From Candidatus Krumholzibacteriaceae bacterium (lineage in GTDB: Archaea; Thermoproteota; Bathyarchaeia; Bathyarchaeales; SOJC01), in contig DATKLC010000122.1 of the NCBI GenBank assembly GCA_035542635.1, forward strand, positions 1-44,438: a stretch of 44,438 nt of DNA. The letters run 5' to 3'. The notes beneath the pieces are model-generated. The model did not search any database and had not been told where the DNA came from. It was given only the letters and a program-made list of their open reading frames with translations. Both the position numbers and the translations under genes were made by a program. This document shows, in pieces, positions 27,010 through 37,762 of this stretch (position 1 is the first letter of the stretch; each line of letters opens with the position of its first letter).

Positions 27010-27561
27010 TTGTCACGTGTTCACAAGCCCGGTCTGGGCGAGATGTTATTCTTTCTCGGCTCTGGCATTATCGTAAGCATTCCCATGGCTCTGTTTTTTG
27101 AGCCGTCAACGAGTTTTCTGAGTGGTTATTTTCCACCTTTAGCGGCTCAAATTCTAGCGATTGCTGTTTTAGCACCAATTATTGAAGAGTTTGCTAAGGC
27201 GTATCCATTGTTTTATCGTCACGGTGAGAGCCAGAAATCCTTGTTCACTATGGGTCTTCTAGTGGGCTTTGGCTTCGGGATTACTGAGTTTTTCGCTTAC
27301 GTACTATTGTTAGGCGTTCCATGGTATGTTAGGTTGCCGGGGATAGTCTTTCACGCGGCGTTGACTTCGATTGTCGCTTATGGCATCGCGGCCAAACATT
27401 CTGCAACGTTTTATTTGATAGCCGTGTTTTTCCATTCTTCGAACAATTTCATGGCGATTTTGGAGGGTCCAGTGTTATTGTATGCTCTTCTGCTAGCAAC
27501 CGCGTTTTCTCTTTCTTACATCTTGTACACTAAAGCGTCAGAACAAGTGATAGCCTATTAA
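27010..27561 (+). CDS. PrsW/CPBP-like intramembrane metalloprotease
   Basis: Six TM segments with APIIEEFAKAYP (EExxK) and FHAALT / FFHSSNNF (H..H..N) motifs. Confidence 0.55.
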   Translation: MSRVHKPGLGEMLFFLGSGIIVSIPMALFFEPSTSFLSGYFPPLAAQILAIAVLAPIIEEFAKAYPLFYRHGESQKSLFTMGLLVGFGFGITEFFAYVLLLGVPWYVRLPGIVFHAALTSIVAYGIAAKHSATFYLIAVFFHSSNNFMAILEGPVLLYALLLATAFSLSYILYTKASEQVIAY

Positions 27562-27606
27562 CGAACGCTGAAGGAGACTGCACGTTTTAGCCCAAAAGGT
27601 GCTGGG

Positions 27607-27674
27607 CATATTTGGCTCATATTTGGATCATATATGGAACGGGGTCTAGAGGGGCGCTGAGCAGATATACACGC
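27607..27674 (+). repeat. Dispersed intergenic repeat, copy C (three 11-bp units)
   Basis: CATATTTGGCTC|ATATTTGGATC|ATATATGGAAC|GGGGTCTAGAGGGGCGCTGAGCAGATATACACGC. Lies between convergent genes. Confidence 0.85.
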
Positions 27675-27687
27675 TGAGAATGCGTTA

Positions 27688-28902
27688 CTATGCGTATGCT
27701 TTGAAGGCTATGTAACCCAGAACGAACACAACACCAACCACGACAAACAAGATGGGAAAACCGTAACTCTCTGCAATGAAAGTACCCAAGAAGCACCCAA
27801 ACGCTCCGCCCAAACCCACCAGAGCATAAAACACGCCTGCCTTACCCTCAGGAATCAACTCCATGCTAAGCGACAAACTAGAAATCAAAAAGAACCCATA
27901 AACCAAACCCATCGCCACGAGAATCAAAATCGCAAAGGGCAAAATGAGAACCGAAGCAGAAACAGCCACAAGAATTAACGATATGCTCAACAAAGCCCTC
28001 ACCAAATTCGCACGCCTCACAATACCATGCTCATCCATGATTTCTGCCCTGCTACCGACCAAAAAATAACCTGTTGTTGTGCCTATCGTGTTGAAAATGA
28101 ACACCACAAACACCACACTCTGCGTCAAGCCTAAACTTCGAGAGAAAAACACGGGCAAAGGCGTAAACAACATGCTCGTCGCAAAAGAAAACAATAAAAG
28201 CCCCAAACAAAACAACGTCACGCTTTCCTCCTTCAAACTTTCATTAACCTTTGCACCTTCAAACGCACGAGAAGCCACAGCAAAACCTCGATGCGCAAAA
28301 TTAAAAACCCTTTCGATGGCAACAAGCCGCCGCTCAAAAATGAACAACGGATCACGAATCAACAAAAGCGAAGCCACAAACGCCACTGCATTCAGCAAAC
28401 TCACAAACAGAATAAACCACACATTCGCTAACCCAACACCAGAAAGCGCAAACCCGAGCACCAAACCCGCAAGCCAACCAACTTCAGTCAAACCCTCATA
28501 ACTCGCAAAACTGTGCTCCCACTCCTCACGCGAATAATACTCTGCAATAAGCACATTTTTGGGCGCCTCATGAGCCACATGAAAAACCGAAATCAAACCG
28601 TACAGCACAATAAGCAACCAAATGCTACTTGTCACAGAAAACACATAAAACAATAGACTCATACCAGCAAACGAGATGAGAATAAACAAACGGTAACGTC
28701 GCGTCCTATCGCACAAGTAACCCCAAAAAAATGAAAACGGCACAGCCGCAAAATTCGCCACAGCAATCATAATGCCAACATATATTAATCCTTCCGACCC
28801 TGGCAAGTGCAAATCGTTGACTACATACAACGGCAGAAAGATCGAGAGCAGCCCGAACGCCATCTCGTGAAACATGAAGCCAAGGAACTGGCGCATAACC
28901 AC
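27688..28902 (-). CDS. MFS transporter
   Basis: 404 aa with about 12 TM segments and an MFS loop (GYLCDRTRRYR). The sense strand is strongly G/T-rich. Confidence 0.75.
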   Translation of the reverse strand: MVMRQFLGFMFHEMAFGLLSIFLPLYVVNDLHLPGSEGLIYVGIMIAVANFAAVPFSFFWGYLCDRTRRYRLFILISFAGMSLLFYVFSVTSSIWLLIVLYGLISVFHVAHEAPKNVLIAEYYSREEWEHSFASYEGLTEVGWLAGLVLGFALSGVGLANVWFILFVSLLNAVAFVASLLLIRDPLFIFERRLVAIERVFNFAHRGFAVASRAFEGAKVNESLKEESVTLFCLGLLLFSFATSMLFTPLPVFFSRSLGLTQSVVFVVFIFNTIGTTTGYFLVGSRAEIMDEHGIVRRANLVRALLSISLILVAVSASVLILPFAILILVAMGLVYGFFLISSLSLSMELIPEGKAGVFYALVGLGGAFGCFLGTFIAESYGFPILFVVVGVVFVLGYIAFKAYA

Positions 28903-29021
28903 GAGAGGAAGTGAACCATAAAGAAAAACCTTCTGCCCGCGAACACTGTGTCATGCTCAAAAAACGTTTTTATGCCTACTCACACTTGACTGAAATACAA
29001 CTTATGCGAAGTGAAACAAGA

Positions 29022-30224
29022 ATGACAACAACCCAAACCATCGGCCACAGCCACTACGGAACACTCGCTTTAATAGCCATAATAATGATCGCCCTATTCG
29101 CAGGCAGCTTCTACGCCTACACACTCTACAAAAACGACAAAGCCATGCTAGAAAGCCAAATCGGCGCATTAAACGTCCAAAACTACGCGCTAAGAGAACA
29201 GCTAAAAAACCAAAGCCAAGTAGTGTTCGAAAACATCTCTCTAGCGCAGCTTTATGACAGAATAAAAAGCTCAGTAGTAATGATACGCGGCTTCATAACC
29301 TCAGGAGGCATATTCACCCAAACAATCGCCGAAATCCAAGGCTCAGGATTCGTTTACAACTACTCAGGACGCATGGTAATCATAACAAACAACCACGTCG
29401 TCGACGGCGTTTCAAACATAAGCGTCACATTCATCAACGGAACAACATACGCCGCCAACGTACTCGGCACAGATGTATACGTTGATCTGGCTGTGTTAGA
29501 AGTTGTAAACGCACCTGCAAACGTGTTCAAACCCCTTCCATTAGCATTCTCTTCAACGCTAAAAGTCGGCGACACAGTAATAGCCGTAGGCAACCCATAC
29601 AAACTCGCAGGCTCCATGACCACGGGCATCGTAAGCCAACTGGGCAGAACAATCACCGAAAACACCACTAACTACGCGATAGCAAACATAATTCAATTCG
29701 ACGCACCCATAAACCCAGGCAACTCGGGCGGGCCACTACTTAACAGCGAGGGCCAAGTTGTCGGGATAACCACAGCCATCGTACAAAACTCGCAAGGATT
29801 AGGCTTTGCTATTCCATCAAACGCTATAATACGCGAAATCTCATACCTCATAAACTTACAACAGTACACACATCCATGGCTCGGCGTCCAAGGAACAGAC
29901 ATGGATTACTACATAGCAAACGCCATGAACATCAACATCACTTATGGCTTTCTCCTAACAGGCGTTACGAGCGGAGGCCCAGCGGATACAGCGGGATTAA
30001 GAGCGGGAACGCAAAACGTGCAAATCGAAGGAACCACGATACCCATAGGCGGGGATATAATAATCGCCATGAACGGCACCAGAATAATAAATTATGATGC
30101 TCTTTCGTCATACTTGGAAGAGAACGCAACACCAGAAAACACCATAAACCTCACAATAAAGCGTGATGGCATCTCTACACCCTTCAATGTCACGGTGACG
30201 CTTGAAGCCCGGCCGCCGCCATAA
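29022..30224 (+). CDS. htrA: HtrA/DegP-family serine protease with N-terminal TM anchor and C-terminal PDZ domain
   Basis: Catalytic motifs TNNHVV, DLAVLEV and GNSGGPLLN. PDZ-like GVTSGGPADTAGLRAGT. I prefer ATG 29022 (TATA-like GTTTTTATG at 28966) to the track start 28911. Confidence 0.85.
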   Translation: MTTTQTIGHSHYGTLALIAIIMIALFAGSFYAYTLYKNDKAMLESQIGALNVQNYALREQLKNQSQVVFENISLAQLYDRIKSSVVMIRGFITSGGIFTQTIAEIQGSGFVYNYSGRMVIITNNHVVDGVSNISVTFINGTTYAANVLGTDVYVDLAVLEVVNAPANVFKPLPLAFSSTLKVGDTVIAVGNPYKLAGSMTTGIVSQLGRTITENTTNYAIANIIQFDAPINPGNSGGPLLNSEGQVVGITTAIVQNSQGLGFAIPSNAIIREISYLINLQQYTHPWLGVQGTDMDYYIANAMNINITYGFLLTGVTSGGPADTAGLRAGTQNVQIEGTTIPIGGDIIIAMNGTRIINYDALSSYLEENATPENTINLTIKRDGISTPFNVTVTLEARPPP

Positions 30225-30354
30225 CCGTAGAGCAAAGACTTACCCACACAACTGTAACTATCTCTAGCTTCAATAGTGCAACATCAGGGCTGACAACAAC
30301 ATTCGAATCGCTAGAAAAATGTTCACAAGCAGAAATCATCAGTCAAAAGGATAT

Positions 30355-30879
30355 TCACGGCTTATCTATGCTGACAGACTTTTTAGCCAACGGCTTGCGC
30401 TTAAGCTCTGTGCCGCAGATCTTGCATTTTTTTAACTTGTAATCAGCAGGATACTTATGATGACACGCGGGGCAATAGAGAATCCAGTAAAAACGGAAGC
30501 GTATGCCAAAAGTCATCAGCGGAATAAACTCTATGCCTATTTGATGCGCAACATTCTGTATCGAATAATCATCTGTAACGATCGAGGGTGAATAACCAGC
30601 ATTTTTCAATTCCAACGCCAAAGCCAAAACGTGCAAGTCAGCCTCAGAAAGGTAAAGCATATCGCCTACGGTTTTCGACGACTCCTTAACCTTCCGAATG
30701 TTCTGCTCCTCGGGCATCTTAACCTTCAATTTTCCGCTCTCCACTGCGGCATTAAATCTTACCCAGGGCAACGAATCTGCAATCAATTCCTCTCTTACAG
30801 TGGGCACCGTGTACTGCTCTTCAGAAACTGTGAGCGGATCAAATCCGGCAATCAAAGCAGAAGTATCTAAAACTATCAC
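30355..30879 (-). CDS. nob1: Nob1-like endonuclease (PIN domain + zinc ribbon)
   Basis: MIVLDTSALIAG PIN N-terminus, TDDYSIQNVA, and a C-terminal CPACHHKY...CKICG ribbon. Confidence 0.75.
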   Translation of the reverse strand: MIVLDTSALIAGFDPLTVSEEQYTVPTVREELIADSLPWVRFNAAVESGKLKVKMPEEQNIRKVKESSKTVGDMLYLSEADLHVLALALELKNAGYSPSIVTDDYSIQNVAHQIGIEFIPLMTFGIRFRFYWILYCPACHHKYPADYKLKKCKICGTELKRKPLAKKSVSIDKP

Positions 30880-30906
30880 TCTGGTTTTCTTTGGCTCAGT
30901 TAACTC

Positions 30907-31755
30907 TTATCCTCCCCGATAAAACAGCATTCTCGCTTCTAGACGCCGATAGAAGTTCCTTCTGAAACGAATAAATGTGGTCTGATGTTCAGATTTGGAA
31001 ATTGTTAGGCATGGGTTTTCGGTCTGCAGCGCTTTGCGATGTTGCCCATCGATTACGACAAAAGTCTTCTGTGGTTTGGTAACCTCAACTGTCACAGTCG
31101 AAGAAGCTGGAAAGATCATGGGGTGAAAAACTGCGAGTGGGCAAACGGGCGTCAAAACGAACGCGTCCATGCGTGGATCCAAAACAGGACCACCCGCTGT
31201 GAGAGAGTAGCCGGTCGAGCCGACTTGTGAAGCCACCATGACCGCGTCTGCGCGGCATTTTCCTATGGGAGTTTTGTCTATCCTAATTTTAGCGTACAAA
31301 AGCTTCACTGGTGCATCTGGTGTGATTAGAACTTCGTTCAGTGCGTCTGGAAGTCGTTCACCTTCGACGGTTGAGGCGAGTTTTGTGTATTTTTCCAGTT
31401 TAAACTCGCCACGCAGGCAGTCGTCTATCGCTTTTATTGCCCTGTTCGGTTTCACTTCTGTTAGAAAGCCTCTCACTCCGATATCTATCGCAAGAATGGG
31501 CGGCTCTGGTTTCGGAATTTCTAAGCATGTTCTGAGGATTGTGCCGTCCCCGCCGATTGTGATTAGCATGTCTGGCCGCATCTTCGCCAAGGGTGTTGCC
31601 AAGGCAGTTTCTTTTATGCTTGCGGCCAGTTCAGGTTCTAGAAGTATGGGTAATTTTTTGGTTCTTAGGTGAGTTGTGATTTTTTTGGATAACTGTATTG
31701 CGTCTTTTCTGTCGGTTCGTGACACTATGCCTATATTGTTGAACACGGTTTTCAC
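30907..31755 (-). CDS. nadK: NAD kinase
   Basis: GGDGTILR motif and the ...GSTGYSLTAGGPV region. GTG start. Confidence 0.9.
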   Translation of the reverse strand: MKTVFNNIGIVSRTDRKDAIQLSKKITTHLRTKKLPILLEPELAASIKETALATPLAKMRPDMLITIGGDGTILRTCLEIPKPEPPILAIDIGVRGFLTEVKPNRAIKAIDDCLRGEFKLEKYTKLASTVEGERLPDALNEVLITPDAPVKLLYAKIRIDKTPIGKCRADAVMVASQVGSTGYSLTAGGPVLDPRMDAFVLTPVCPLAVFHPMIFPASSTVTVEVTKPQKTFVVIDGQHRKALQTENPCLTISKSEHQTTFIRFRRNFYRRLEARMLFYRGG

Positions 31756-31768
31756 CGCTTAATGACCT

Positions 31769-31781
31769 TAATTTATATATC
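31769..31781 (+). promoter_or_regulatory. Putative TATA element in the divergent nadK / aIF5A intergenic region
   Basis: TTAATTTATATAT lies about 45 nt upstream of the TTG start at 31823. Confidence 0.35.
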
Positions 31782-31822
31782 TTAGTTGTTAAGAATTGCT
31801 GTGTAAAAAGAGGCGAAAATGG

Positions 31823-32218
31823 TTGAGCAAGCCTACTGACGTGGGAAGCATTCGCGTGGGCGGATACATCATAATCGACGGTGAACCATGCCGTGTAGTT
31901 GACCTCGCAAAATCCAAACCTGGCAAGCATGGCTCGGCGAAGGCTCGAATAGTCGCGGTCGGAGTTTTTGACAACACCAAAAGAACGCTCGTAAAACCAG
32001 TCGATGCTCAGTGCGAAGTGCCGATAATCGAAAAACGCGCGGGACAGGTAATCGCGTTACTGCCCTCATCTGTGCAAGTTATGGACCTTGAAAACTATGA
32101 AGTCTTGGAAGCACCAATGCCAGACGAAGACGAAGTGAAGAATAAACTGGCTTCGGGCGTAGAGGTCGAATACTGGCGAATTCTGGGCAAAACAAAAATC
32201 GTACGCACTAAAGGCTAA
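31823..32218 (+). CDS. eif5a: Translation initiation factor 5A (aIF5A)
   Basis: (M)SKPTDVGSIRVGGYIIIDGEPCRVVDLAKSKPGKHGSAKARIV contains the hypusination loop KPGKHG. TTG start after GAGG. The track start at 31796 is less likely. Confidence 0.9.
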   Translation: MSKPTDVGSIRVGGYIIIDGEPCRVVDLAKSKPGKHGSAKARIVAVGVFDNTKRTLVKPVDAQCEVPIIEKRAGQVIALLPSSVQVMDLENYEVLEAPMPDEDEVKNKLASGVEVEYWRILGKTKIVRTKG

Positions 32219-32279
32219 ACTGCATTCGTCTATCCTTTTAATACGGATTCAATTTTCTATACTTTCATGTGGGACCGTA

Positions 32280-33203
32280 TTGAAGAAAGTTAAACACATG
32301 CGGGTTCGGAAGGGCTTAAGTGCCGAAGAACTCGTTGAACAAATGCAACGGTGTGGAGTTCTCGGTGCTGGAAAAATCGGCAAAGCCACAGAACTAACGG
32401 CCAAAATGTTCGGTGACCCAGATTATACGGTTTTTCTAACGTTGGCAGGTGCGCTGGTGCCTGGCGGACTTCGCAGTGTCATTTCAGACTTAATTCGTGA
32501 AGAATATGTAAACGTGCTGGTGACGACGGGTGCAAACATGGTTCATGACATGGTGGAAGCCTTAGGATACAGTCATTACATCGGCACATTCCAAGCGGAG
32601 GATGCACGGCTGAAGGCAGAAAGAATTGGTAGAATCGGCGACATCTATGTTCAGCAGCAGGCTTTTGAGGCGTTGGAAAAATGGTTGGATAAGGCCTTAA
32701 ACGATATTTCCGAGAATGAGAGACAACGAATAGCGCCTTCGACGATTCTTAACGAAATTGGAAAGCGCATCAGGGACAAGGATTCCATTCTCGCCAATGC
32801 TGCTAGGCGAAATGTACCCATTATTTGCCCTGGTCTAGCCGACTCCATCGCGGGTTTTCAGTTGTGGATGTTTAGTCAAGACAAAAAACTTGTGATGGAC
32901 TCGCTTTTGGACGTGAAGAAGCTCGTGGAAATTGTTTACGAAGCCAAGAAAGCAGGCATAATTATTCTCGGCGGCGGATGGCCCAAACACTTCACGTTGT
33001 TCGCTAACACTTTTCGCGAAGGCGTCGACTCTGCAGTTCAGATTACTATGGACAGACCTGAGCCTGGAGGTCTGAGTGGTGCTTCTTTAGACGAGGCGAT
33101 AAGCTGGAGCAAGGTGCGGCCAAAGGGTGGAGCTGTTACTGTGGTGTGCGATGCTACGATTGCGTTTCCTTTAATCGTCGCTGCTGCTTTGAGTAAGCTT
33201 TAA
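32280..33203 (+). CDS. dys: Deoxyhypusine synthase
   Basis: The length (307 aa), VTTGANMVHD and ILGGGWPKH-type motifs, and adjacency to aIF5A. Confidence 0.85.
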   Translation: MKKVKHMRVRKGLSAEELVEQMQRCGVLGAGKIGKATELTAKMFGDPDYTVFLTLAGALVPGGLRSVISDLIREEYVNVLVTTGANMVHDMVEALGYSHYIGTFQAEDARLKAERIGRIGDIYVQQQAFEALEKWLDKALNDISENERQRIAPSTILNEIGKRIRDKDSILANAARRNVPIICPGLADSIAGFQLWMFSQDKKLVMDSLLDVKKLVEIVYEAKKAGIIILGGGWPKHFTLFANTFREGVDSAVQITMDRPEPGGLSGASLDEAISWSKVRPKGGAVTVVCDATIAFPLIVAAALSKL

Positions 33204-33406
33204 GTCCACCATTCCCAGTCTTGTCGTTCGAAGACTAGATAGAGAACCAGCAGAATAACGCCCCAAGTGATTGCCGTAGCAGCATAGAATAACGGATTGG
33301 TAATTCCTCCGTCAATCGACAGATTGAATGCGTACGCGCTTAAGCCGCAGGCGCCGATGAGGAAGAGGAAGAAGATTATGAAGTAGATGACTTTTTGTGC
33401 CGCCAC
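33200..33406 (-). CDS. Small membrane protein (2 TM), unknown family
   Basis: 68-aa hydrophobic ORF downstream of hsp20 on the same strand. Confidence 0.4.
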   Translation of the reverse strand: MAAQKVIYFIIFFLFLIGACGLSAYAFNLSIDGGITNPLFYAATAITWGVILLVLYLVFERQDWEWWT

Positions 33407-33477
33407 ACATTTCAGCCTCAGATTACAGTTTAATAGTGGGAAGTACGGTTAAAATTTTCTCTGCCAAAAGTAAATTT

Positions 33478-33918
33478 TCATTCTACTGGGATTTTGTAGC
33501 TGCGTTTTCTGGGAAGTCTTATCTCGAGCATTCCACGTTTGAAGCTGGTTTCAATATGCTGCATGTCTACTGGCACTGGAATTCGGGTTTGGCAACTGAA
33601 AGAGGAAAATTCACCTTCGTGATGCACGATGCCCATTTCCTTGAATTTTACTCTGCGCTTCAATTCCGCCGTAATTTCGAGTCTGTCGCTGTTTATGGGT
33701 TCCACTTTAACGCTGTAAGACTGCACGTATGGCAAGTCAGCTGTGATTATCACTTCTTTAGGCGTCACAAATATGCTGCTTAACGGCTCGAGTGTGCATG
33801 CTCGCAGATCCCAGCTTGGGCGCTCGATTGTGGGTATACCCTCTTTTAGTTTTTCGGCTTCATCCAGGTATTCTCTGATCATGTCGTAAATTGATTGTTT
33901 CTTCTTTTTGTTCTCCAC
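33478..33918 (-). CDS. hsp20: Hsp20/alpha-crystallin small heat-shock protein (second paralog)
   Basis: ACD core: VTPKEVIITADLPYVQSYSVKVEPINSDRLEITA...FKRGMLEIRLPRK. Confidence 0.75.
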   Translation of the reverse strand: MENKKKKQSIYDMIREYLDEAEKLKEGIPTIERPSWDLRACTLEPLSSIFVTPKEVIITADLPYVQSYSVKVEPINSDRLEITAELKRRVKFKEMGIVHHEGEFSSFSCQTRIPVPVDMQHIETSFKRGMLEIRLPRKRSYKIPVE

Positions 33919-33933
33919 TATGCTAGCCTCCTC

Positions 33934-34677
33934 TTATACGTACAAAGGCAAGTCGTACTCCTGCCCCTTCTTCATTTTTGTCATTTCTTGCTGTGTTCTT
34001 TTCATGACATCTCTCGCTCTGAGCCGTATCTCTTCTCCCTTCTCTAGCAGTGTGGTTACATCGATTTTTTTATCCGTGATGTTTGCAAATTCCTTCAACG
34101 CCGCTGCAGCCGCTTCTGGATCTGGATAGTTGAAGAAGGATTGAGCGAGAAGCGCGATGGCAGGCAGGTTTTTTTCGGCGCAATAGCGTAGAATGAGTGC
34201 TTGTGGACCCACTAAGTAGCCTTCGCGCAGTACTTCTATTCCCTTGTCTCCCAACATTTTCAGTAAATCTGCATTAGAGGCTACGCCGTAGACTTTGGGT
34301 TTCTCGATGTCTTGACGGTTTTGTATGGGCATGCCGCTGATGGATATGGTCAGCTTAGGTTTCTTGGATTGTCCCCAGTCTAAGAGTGTGCGCATGAACA
34401 GTTGAATGCTATCGGCAGGAATGGCCATCTCTGAAATCGTGATTAACAGACTACCGTTGCCGAAAACACGAATTGGCGCGTAGGGTAGCCCTTCATGCAA
34501 CACAGCCACGGGCGGCAGGGATTCAGAGTCCATGTAAGCCATTTCGACCATTTTGTACTCTGTAATCAGGTGAGAGGCCGCGATAACGCCTACCAAGCCG
34601 ACGTCGGGCATGCCATGAACCAGAAAAGCCTCTGATGGAACATTATTCTTCTCAATAATTTTAGCTGTGCTCAACAA
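33934..34677 (-). CDS. PAC2-family (proteasome assembly chaperone-like) protein
   Basis: GMPDVGLVGVIAASHLI N-terminal signature and 247-aa length. TTG start. Confidence 0.7.
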   Translation of the reverse strand: MLSTAKIIEKNNVPSEAFLVHGMPDVGLVGVIAASHLITEYKMVEMAYMDSESLPPVAVLHEGLPYAPIRVFGNGSLLITISEMAIPADSIQLFMRTLLDWGQSKKPKLTISISGMPIQNRQDIEKPKVYGVASNADLLKMLGDKGIEVLREGYLVGPQALILRYCAEKNLPAIALLAQSFFNYPDPEAAAAALKEFANITDKKIDVTTLLEKGEEIRLRARDVMKRTQQEMTKMKKGQEYDLPLYV

Positions 34678-34763
34678 GGTTCACTTCACAATAGGTTAAA
34701 TATGCAAAGTAAAAAAGATTATGCTGAACATACACAGATAAACACAAGTGAGAAAGGCTAAAA

Positions 34764-36101
34764 ATGTCAATTGAAGGCTTAGGCTCTTCGCTTTATCAGG
34801 CATTGCGCAAGGTTTTCCGAGCTTCCGTAGTCGACGAAGCAACAGTTAAGGAACTCGTCCGCGACATCCAACGCGCCCTGCTACAGGCAGACGTAAACGT
34901 GCAACTAGTATTGGAAATCTCAAAGCGTATCGAAGACCGCGCGTTGAAAGAAAAGGTTCCACCAGGCGTTTCTCGACATGAGCACGTGATTAAAGTCGTC
35001 TATGAAGAACTGACGCGGTTTCTCGGCGAAAAACCCGTACCGTTGAGAGTGGAACCCGGAAAACGCAAGGTGCTCATGCTCGTGGGAATCCAAGGCTCAG
35101 GCAAAACCACTGCTTCGGCAAAATTGGCACGGTACTTTCAGAAGCGGGGCATAAAAACCGCCCTCGTATGTGCAGACACGTTTCGTCCGGGCGCTTATGC
35201 GCAGATGCAGCAGTTGGCGAGCAGAATCAATGTGCCGACGTATGGAGACCTAAACGTTAAGGACGCTGTGAAGGTCGCGAGAGAGGGCTTGAAACGATTT
35301 GACGATAAAGACCTTGTCATAGTGGACACTTCGGGTAGACACAAGGAAGAGAAAAGCCTAATCGAAGAAATGAAACAGCTGGAGAAAGCCGTCAAACCCG
35401 ACGAAGTCATGCTGGTCATAGACGGCACGATCGGACAGCAAGCGGCTATTCAGGCAAAGGCTTTCCACGAAGCCACGCCGATCGGTTCAATTCTCGTCGC
35501 TAAGTTAGATGGCTCTGCAAGGGGTGGCGGTGCACTTTCGGCAGTCGCAACTACGGGCGCGCCGATTAAGTTCATTAGCACTGGCGAGAAGGTTGAGGAT
35601 ATAGAAGCCTTTGTGCCATCCCGATTCGTTGGCAGGTTGCTCGGTATGGGCGACTTGGAAACGCTGCTAGAGAAAGTAAAGGAAGCCGAGATAAAGGTGC
35701 CTGAGAAGAAGGCAAAACAGATTCTCAGCGGCAAATTTACGCTTACAGACATGTATGAACAATTCGAAGCTCTAAAGGGTATGGGTCCATTTAAGCGTTT
35801 GTTGAAGATGTTTCCAGGCATGGGTTACAACATTCCAGATGACGCTATGGAAGCGGCGCAAGGCAAACTAGAAACTTGGCGGGTCATAATACAGTCTATG
35901 ACGCCGAAAGAACGCGACAACCCGAAAATGTTCTCTTCGTCTCGCATCAGGCGTGTTGCTCGGGGGGCGGGAACCTCGGAAAAAGACGTGAAAGAGCTGC
36001 TTAAACAGTACGCGATGATGAAAAAAATGATGAAAACGCTGCGGCGCAAGCGTCTGCCGATGTTCGGAGGACAAAAAGGACAAAAACTACAGATGGGCTA
36101 A
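34764..36101 (+). CDS. srp54: Signal recognition particle protein SRP54
   Basis: [21 protein letters not shown] and KLDGSARGG GTPase motifs, plus an M-rich C-terminal domain. Confidence 0.95.
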   Translation: MSIEGLGSSLYQALRKVFRASVVDEATVKELVRDIQRALLQADVNVQLVLEISKRIEDRALKEKVPPGVSRHEHVIKVVYEELTRFLGEKPVPLRVEPGKRKVLMLVGIQGSGKTTASAKLARYFQKRGIKTALVCADTFRPGAYAQMQQLASRINVPTYGDLNVKDAVKVAREGLKRFDDKDLVIVDTSGRHKEEKSLIEEMKQLEKAVKPDEVMLVIDGTIGQQAAIQAKAFHEATPIGSILVAKLDGSARGGGALSAVATTGAPIKFISTGEKVEDIEAFVPSRFVGRLLGMGDLETLLEKVKEAEIKVPEKKAKQILSGKFTLTDMYEQFEALKGMGPFKRLLKMFPGMGYNIPDDAMEAAQGKLETWRVIIQSMTPKERDNPKMFSSSRIRRVARGAGTSEKDVKELLKQYAMMKKMMKTLRRKRLPMFGGQKGQKLQMG

Positions 36102-36134
36102 AACGCGAAAACGTTTAGAACAAGGTAAAAAGCA

Positions 36135-37454
36135 ATGAGTATTCTTGAAAAAGCACAGAAACTGCTCGAACAGTATGCATTGTGCGATAACTGCTTGGGA
36201 AGACAATTCGCGCTTTTGGGACATGGACTCGAAAACCAAACACGTGGCGGAGCGATAAAACTTCTCTTAACTATGAAAGCACATGAAATGACGCTTGTAA
36301 ACGAAAAACAGGGTCCTGTCCTGCTCAAAACCCTGGCGGCAAACGGTGCTTTTCCAGCGGCATTAGAGATTTTAAAAACCCAAAAAAAACGCGGTGTCAA
36401 AGTAAAACAGTGCTACTTGTGCGAAGAAATAGCGGAAAACGCAAAAGAACTTGCCGATAAAACAGCTAAACTATTGACTGAGTACGAGTTTTCAACATTT
36501 CTCATCGGCATTAAACTGCCTCCCAATGTTGAAGAGCGCGAAGACGAGTTGAAAGCCAAATTCGACCTGAACTTCAGCGAAAGCATGCGAAACGAGTTCA
36601 GTCGAACCATCGGCAAAGCAGTTTCAACTTTGACTGGAAAAGAAGTGGAGTTTCGGCGACCCGATATAGCCGTCATCATTAACCCCTTCACTAAACATGT
36701 CGCGTTACAAGTTAACCCACTCCATATCGCAGGTAGATACAAGAAACTCGAAAGAGGCATCCCTCAATCTCGCTGGTTCTGCAGAAACTGCCACGGAAAA
36801 GGCTGCGAACGATGCAACTGGACAGGAAAAATGTACGCCGAGTCAGTTGAAGAGTTCATAGCGACGCCCACTTTAGAAATGGCAAGGGGCGAAGCGGCGA
36901 TTTTGCACGGGGCGGGGCGCGAGGATGTTGATGCACGCATGTTGGGACACGGAAGACCATTCGTAATCGAAGTGAAGGCACCCAAGAAACGTTTCATCGA
37001 TTTAAAAAAATTAGAAAGAGCAATCAATGAAAATGCATCAGCAAAGGTTGAAGTGAAAGGTCTGCGTTTCGCCGACAAAGAACTGGTTAGACGTTTGAAG
37101 AAAGGTGAAACTTCGCAAAAAACGTACAATGTGACCATAGATTTTGACCGTTCTGTTTCTGACAAAGAACTGAAAAAAATAGAGAACTCACTTAGAGGAT
37201 TGGTTGTATATCAGCAGACGCCTCAACGGGTGTTGCATAGGCGTGCTGACCGCGTGCGGGAAAAGTACATATATGAGGCTAAAGTAAAAAGGTTGACGCC
37301 TAACCGTGTGCGGCTTAGAGTCAGGTGTCAAGGGGGCCTGTACGTAAAAGAATTGATTACAGGCGATGAAGGAAGAACCAAGCCGAGCATGGCGGAAATC
37401 CTTGGCACGAAAGCTACGCCGTCAGAATTAGACGTGTTAGAAGTGAGGGAATAG
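36135..37454 (+). CDS. pus10: tRNA pseudouridine(54/55) synthase Pus10
   Basis: N-terminal CDNCLGRQF zinc motif, a second CRNCHGKGCERC cluster, THUMP-like middle region, 439 aa. Confidence 0.85.
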   Translation: MSILEKAQKLLEQYALCDNCLGRQFALLGHGLENQTRGGAIKLLLTMKAHEMTLVNEKQGPVLLKTLAANGAFPAALEILKTQKKRGVKVKQCYLCEEIAENAKELADKTAKLLTEYEFSTFLIGIKLPPNVEEREDELKAKFDLNFSESMRNEFSRTIGKAVSTLTGKEVEFRRPDIAVIINPFTKHVALQVNPLHIAGRYKKLERGIPQSRWFCRNCHGKGCERCNWTGKMYAESVEEFIATPTLEMARGEAAILHGAGREDVDARMLGHGRPFVIEVKAPKKRFIDLKKLERAINENASAKVEVKGLRFADKELVRRLKKGETSQKTYNVTIDFDRSVSDKELKKIENSLRGLVVYQQTPQRVLHRRADRVREKYIYEAKVKRLTPNRVRLRVRCQGGLYVKELITGDEGRTKPSMAEILGTKATPSELDVLEVRE

Positions 37455-37456
37455 GT

Positions 37457-37762
37457 ATGAAACGTTCACGGGGCTATCGTACGAAGACGCGTTCGTTGCT
37501 TACGCGTGAGCCTAGACAGAAAGGCAAAATCGGACTGAGCAAGCTGCTTCATGATTATCAACCTGGCGAGAAGGTTGTAGTAAAGATAAATTCAACTATT
37601 CAGAAGGGTATGCCGCATCGTCGCTTCCATGGAAAGACAGGCGTTGTGACGAGCAAAAGAGGCAGAGCGTATACTGTGAATGTTAGCCAAGGAGAAGCGG
37701 TTAAGGAAATCATCGTTCGTCCAGAACATTTGACACCGTTGTCGGAGGGCAAGCATGTCTAA
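37457..37762 (+). CDS. rpl21e: 50S ribosomal protein L21e
   Basis: MKRSRGYRTKTRSLL...GMPHRRFHGKTGVV matches eL21. Confidence 0.9.
   Translation: MKRSRGYRTKTRSLLTREPRQKGKIGLSKLLHDYQPGEKVVVKINSTIQKGMPHRRFHGKTGVVTSKRGRAYTVNVSQGEAVKEIIVRPEHLTPLSEGKHV

Noticed and set aside
27607-27674. I considered the repeat family as replication-origin ORB elements. The TGGAAC/GTGAAC plus GGGG(G)T segment loosely recalls the ORB dyad plus G-string, and composition switches sharply at copy C.
   Set aside because: There are four co-oriented copies spread over 42 kb. They lack inverted pairing around an AT-rich unwinding element, and no orc1/cdc6 gene is nearby. The skew switch has the opposite sign to that expected at an origin (the plus strand becomes A+C-rich to the right). 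The similarity to ORB comes from memory of the consensus and is weak.
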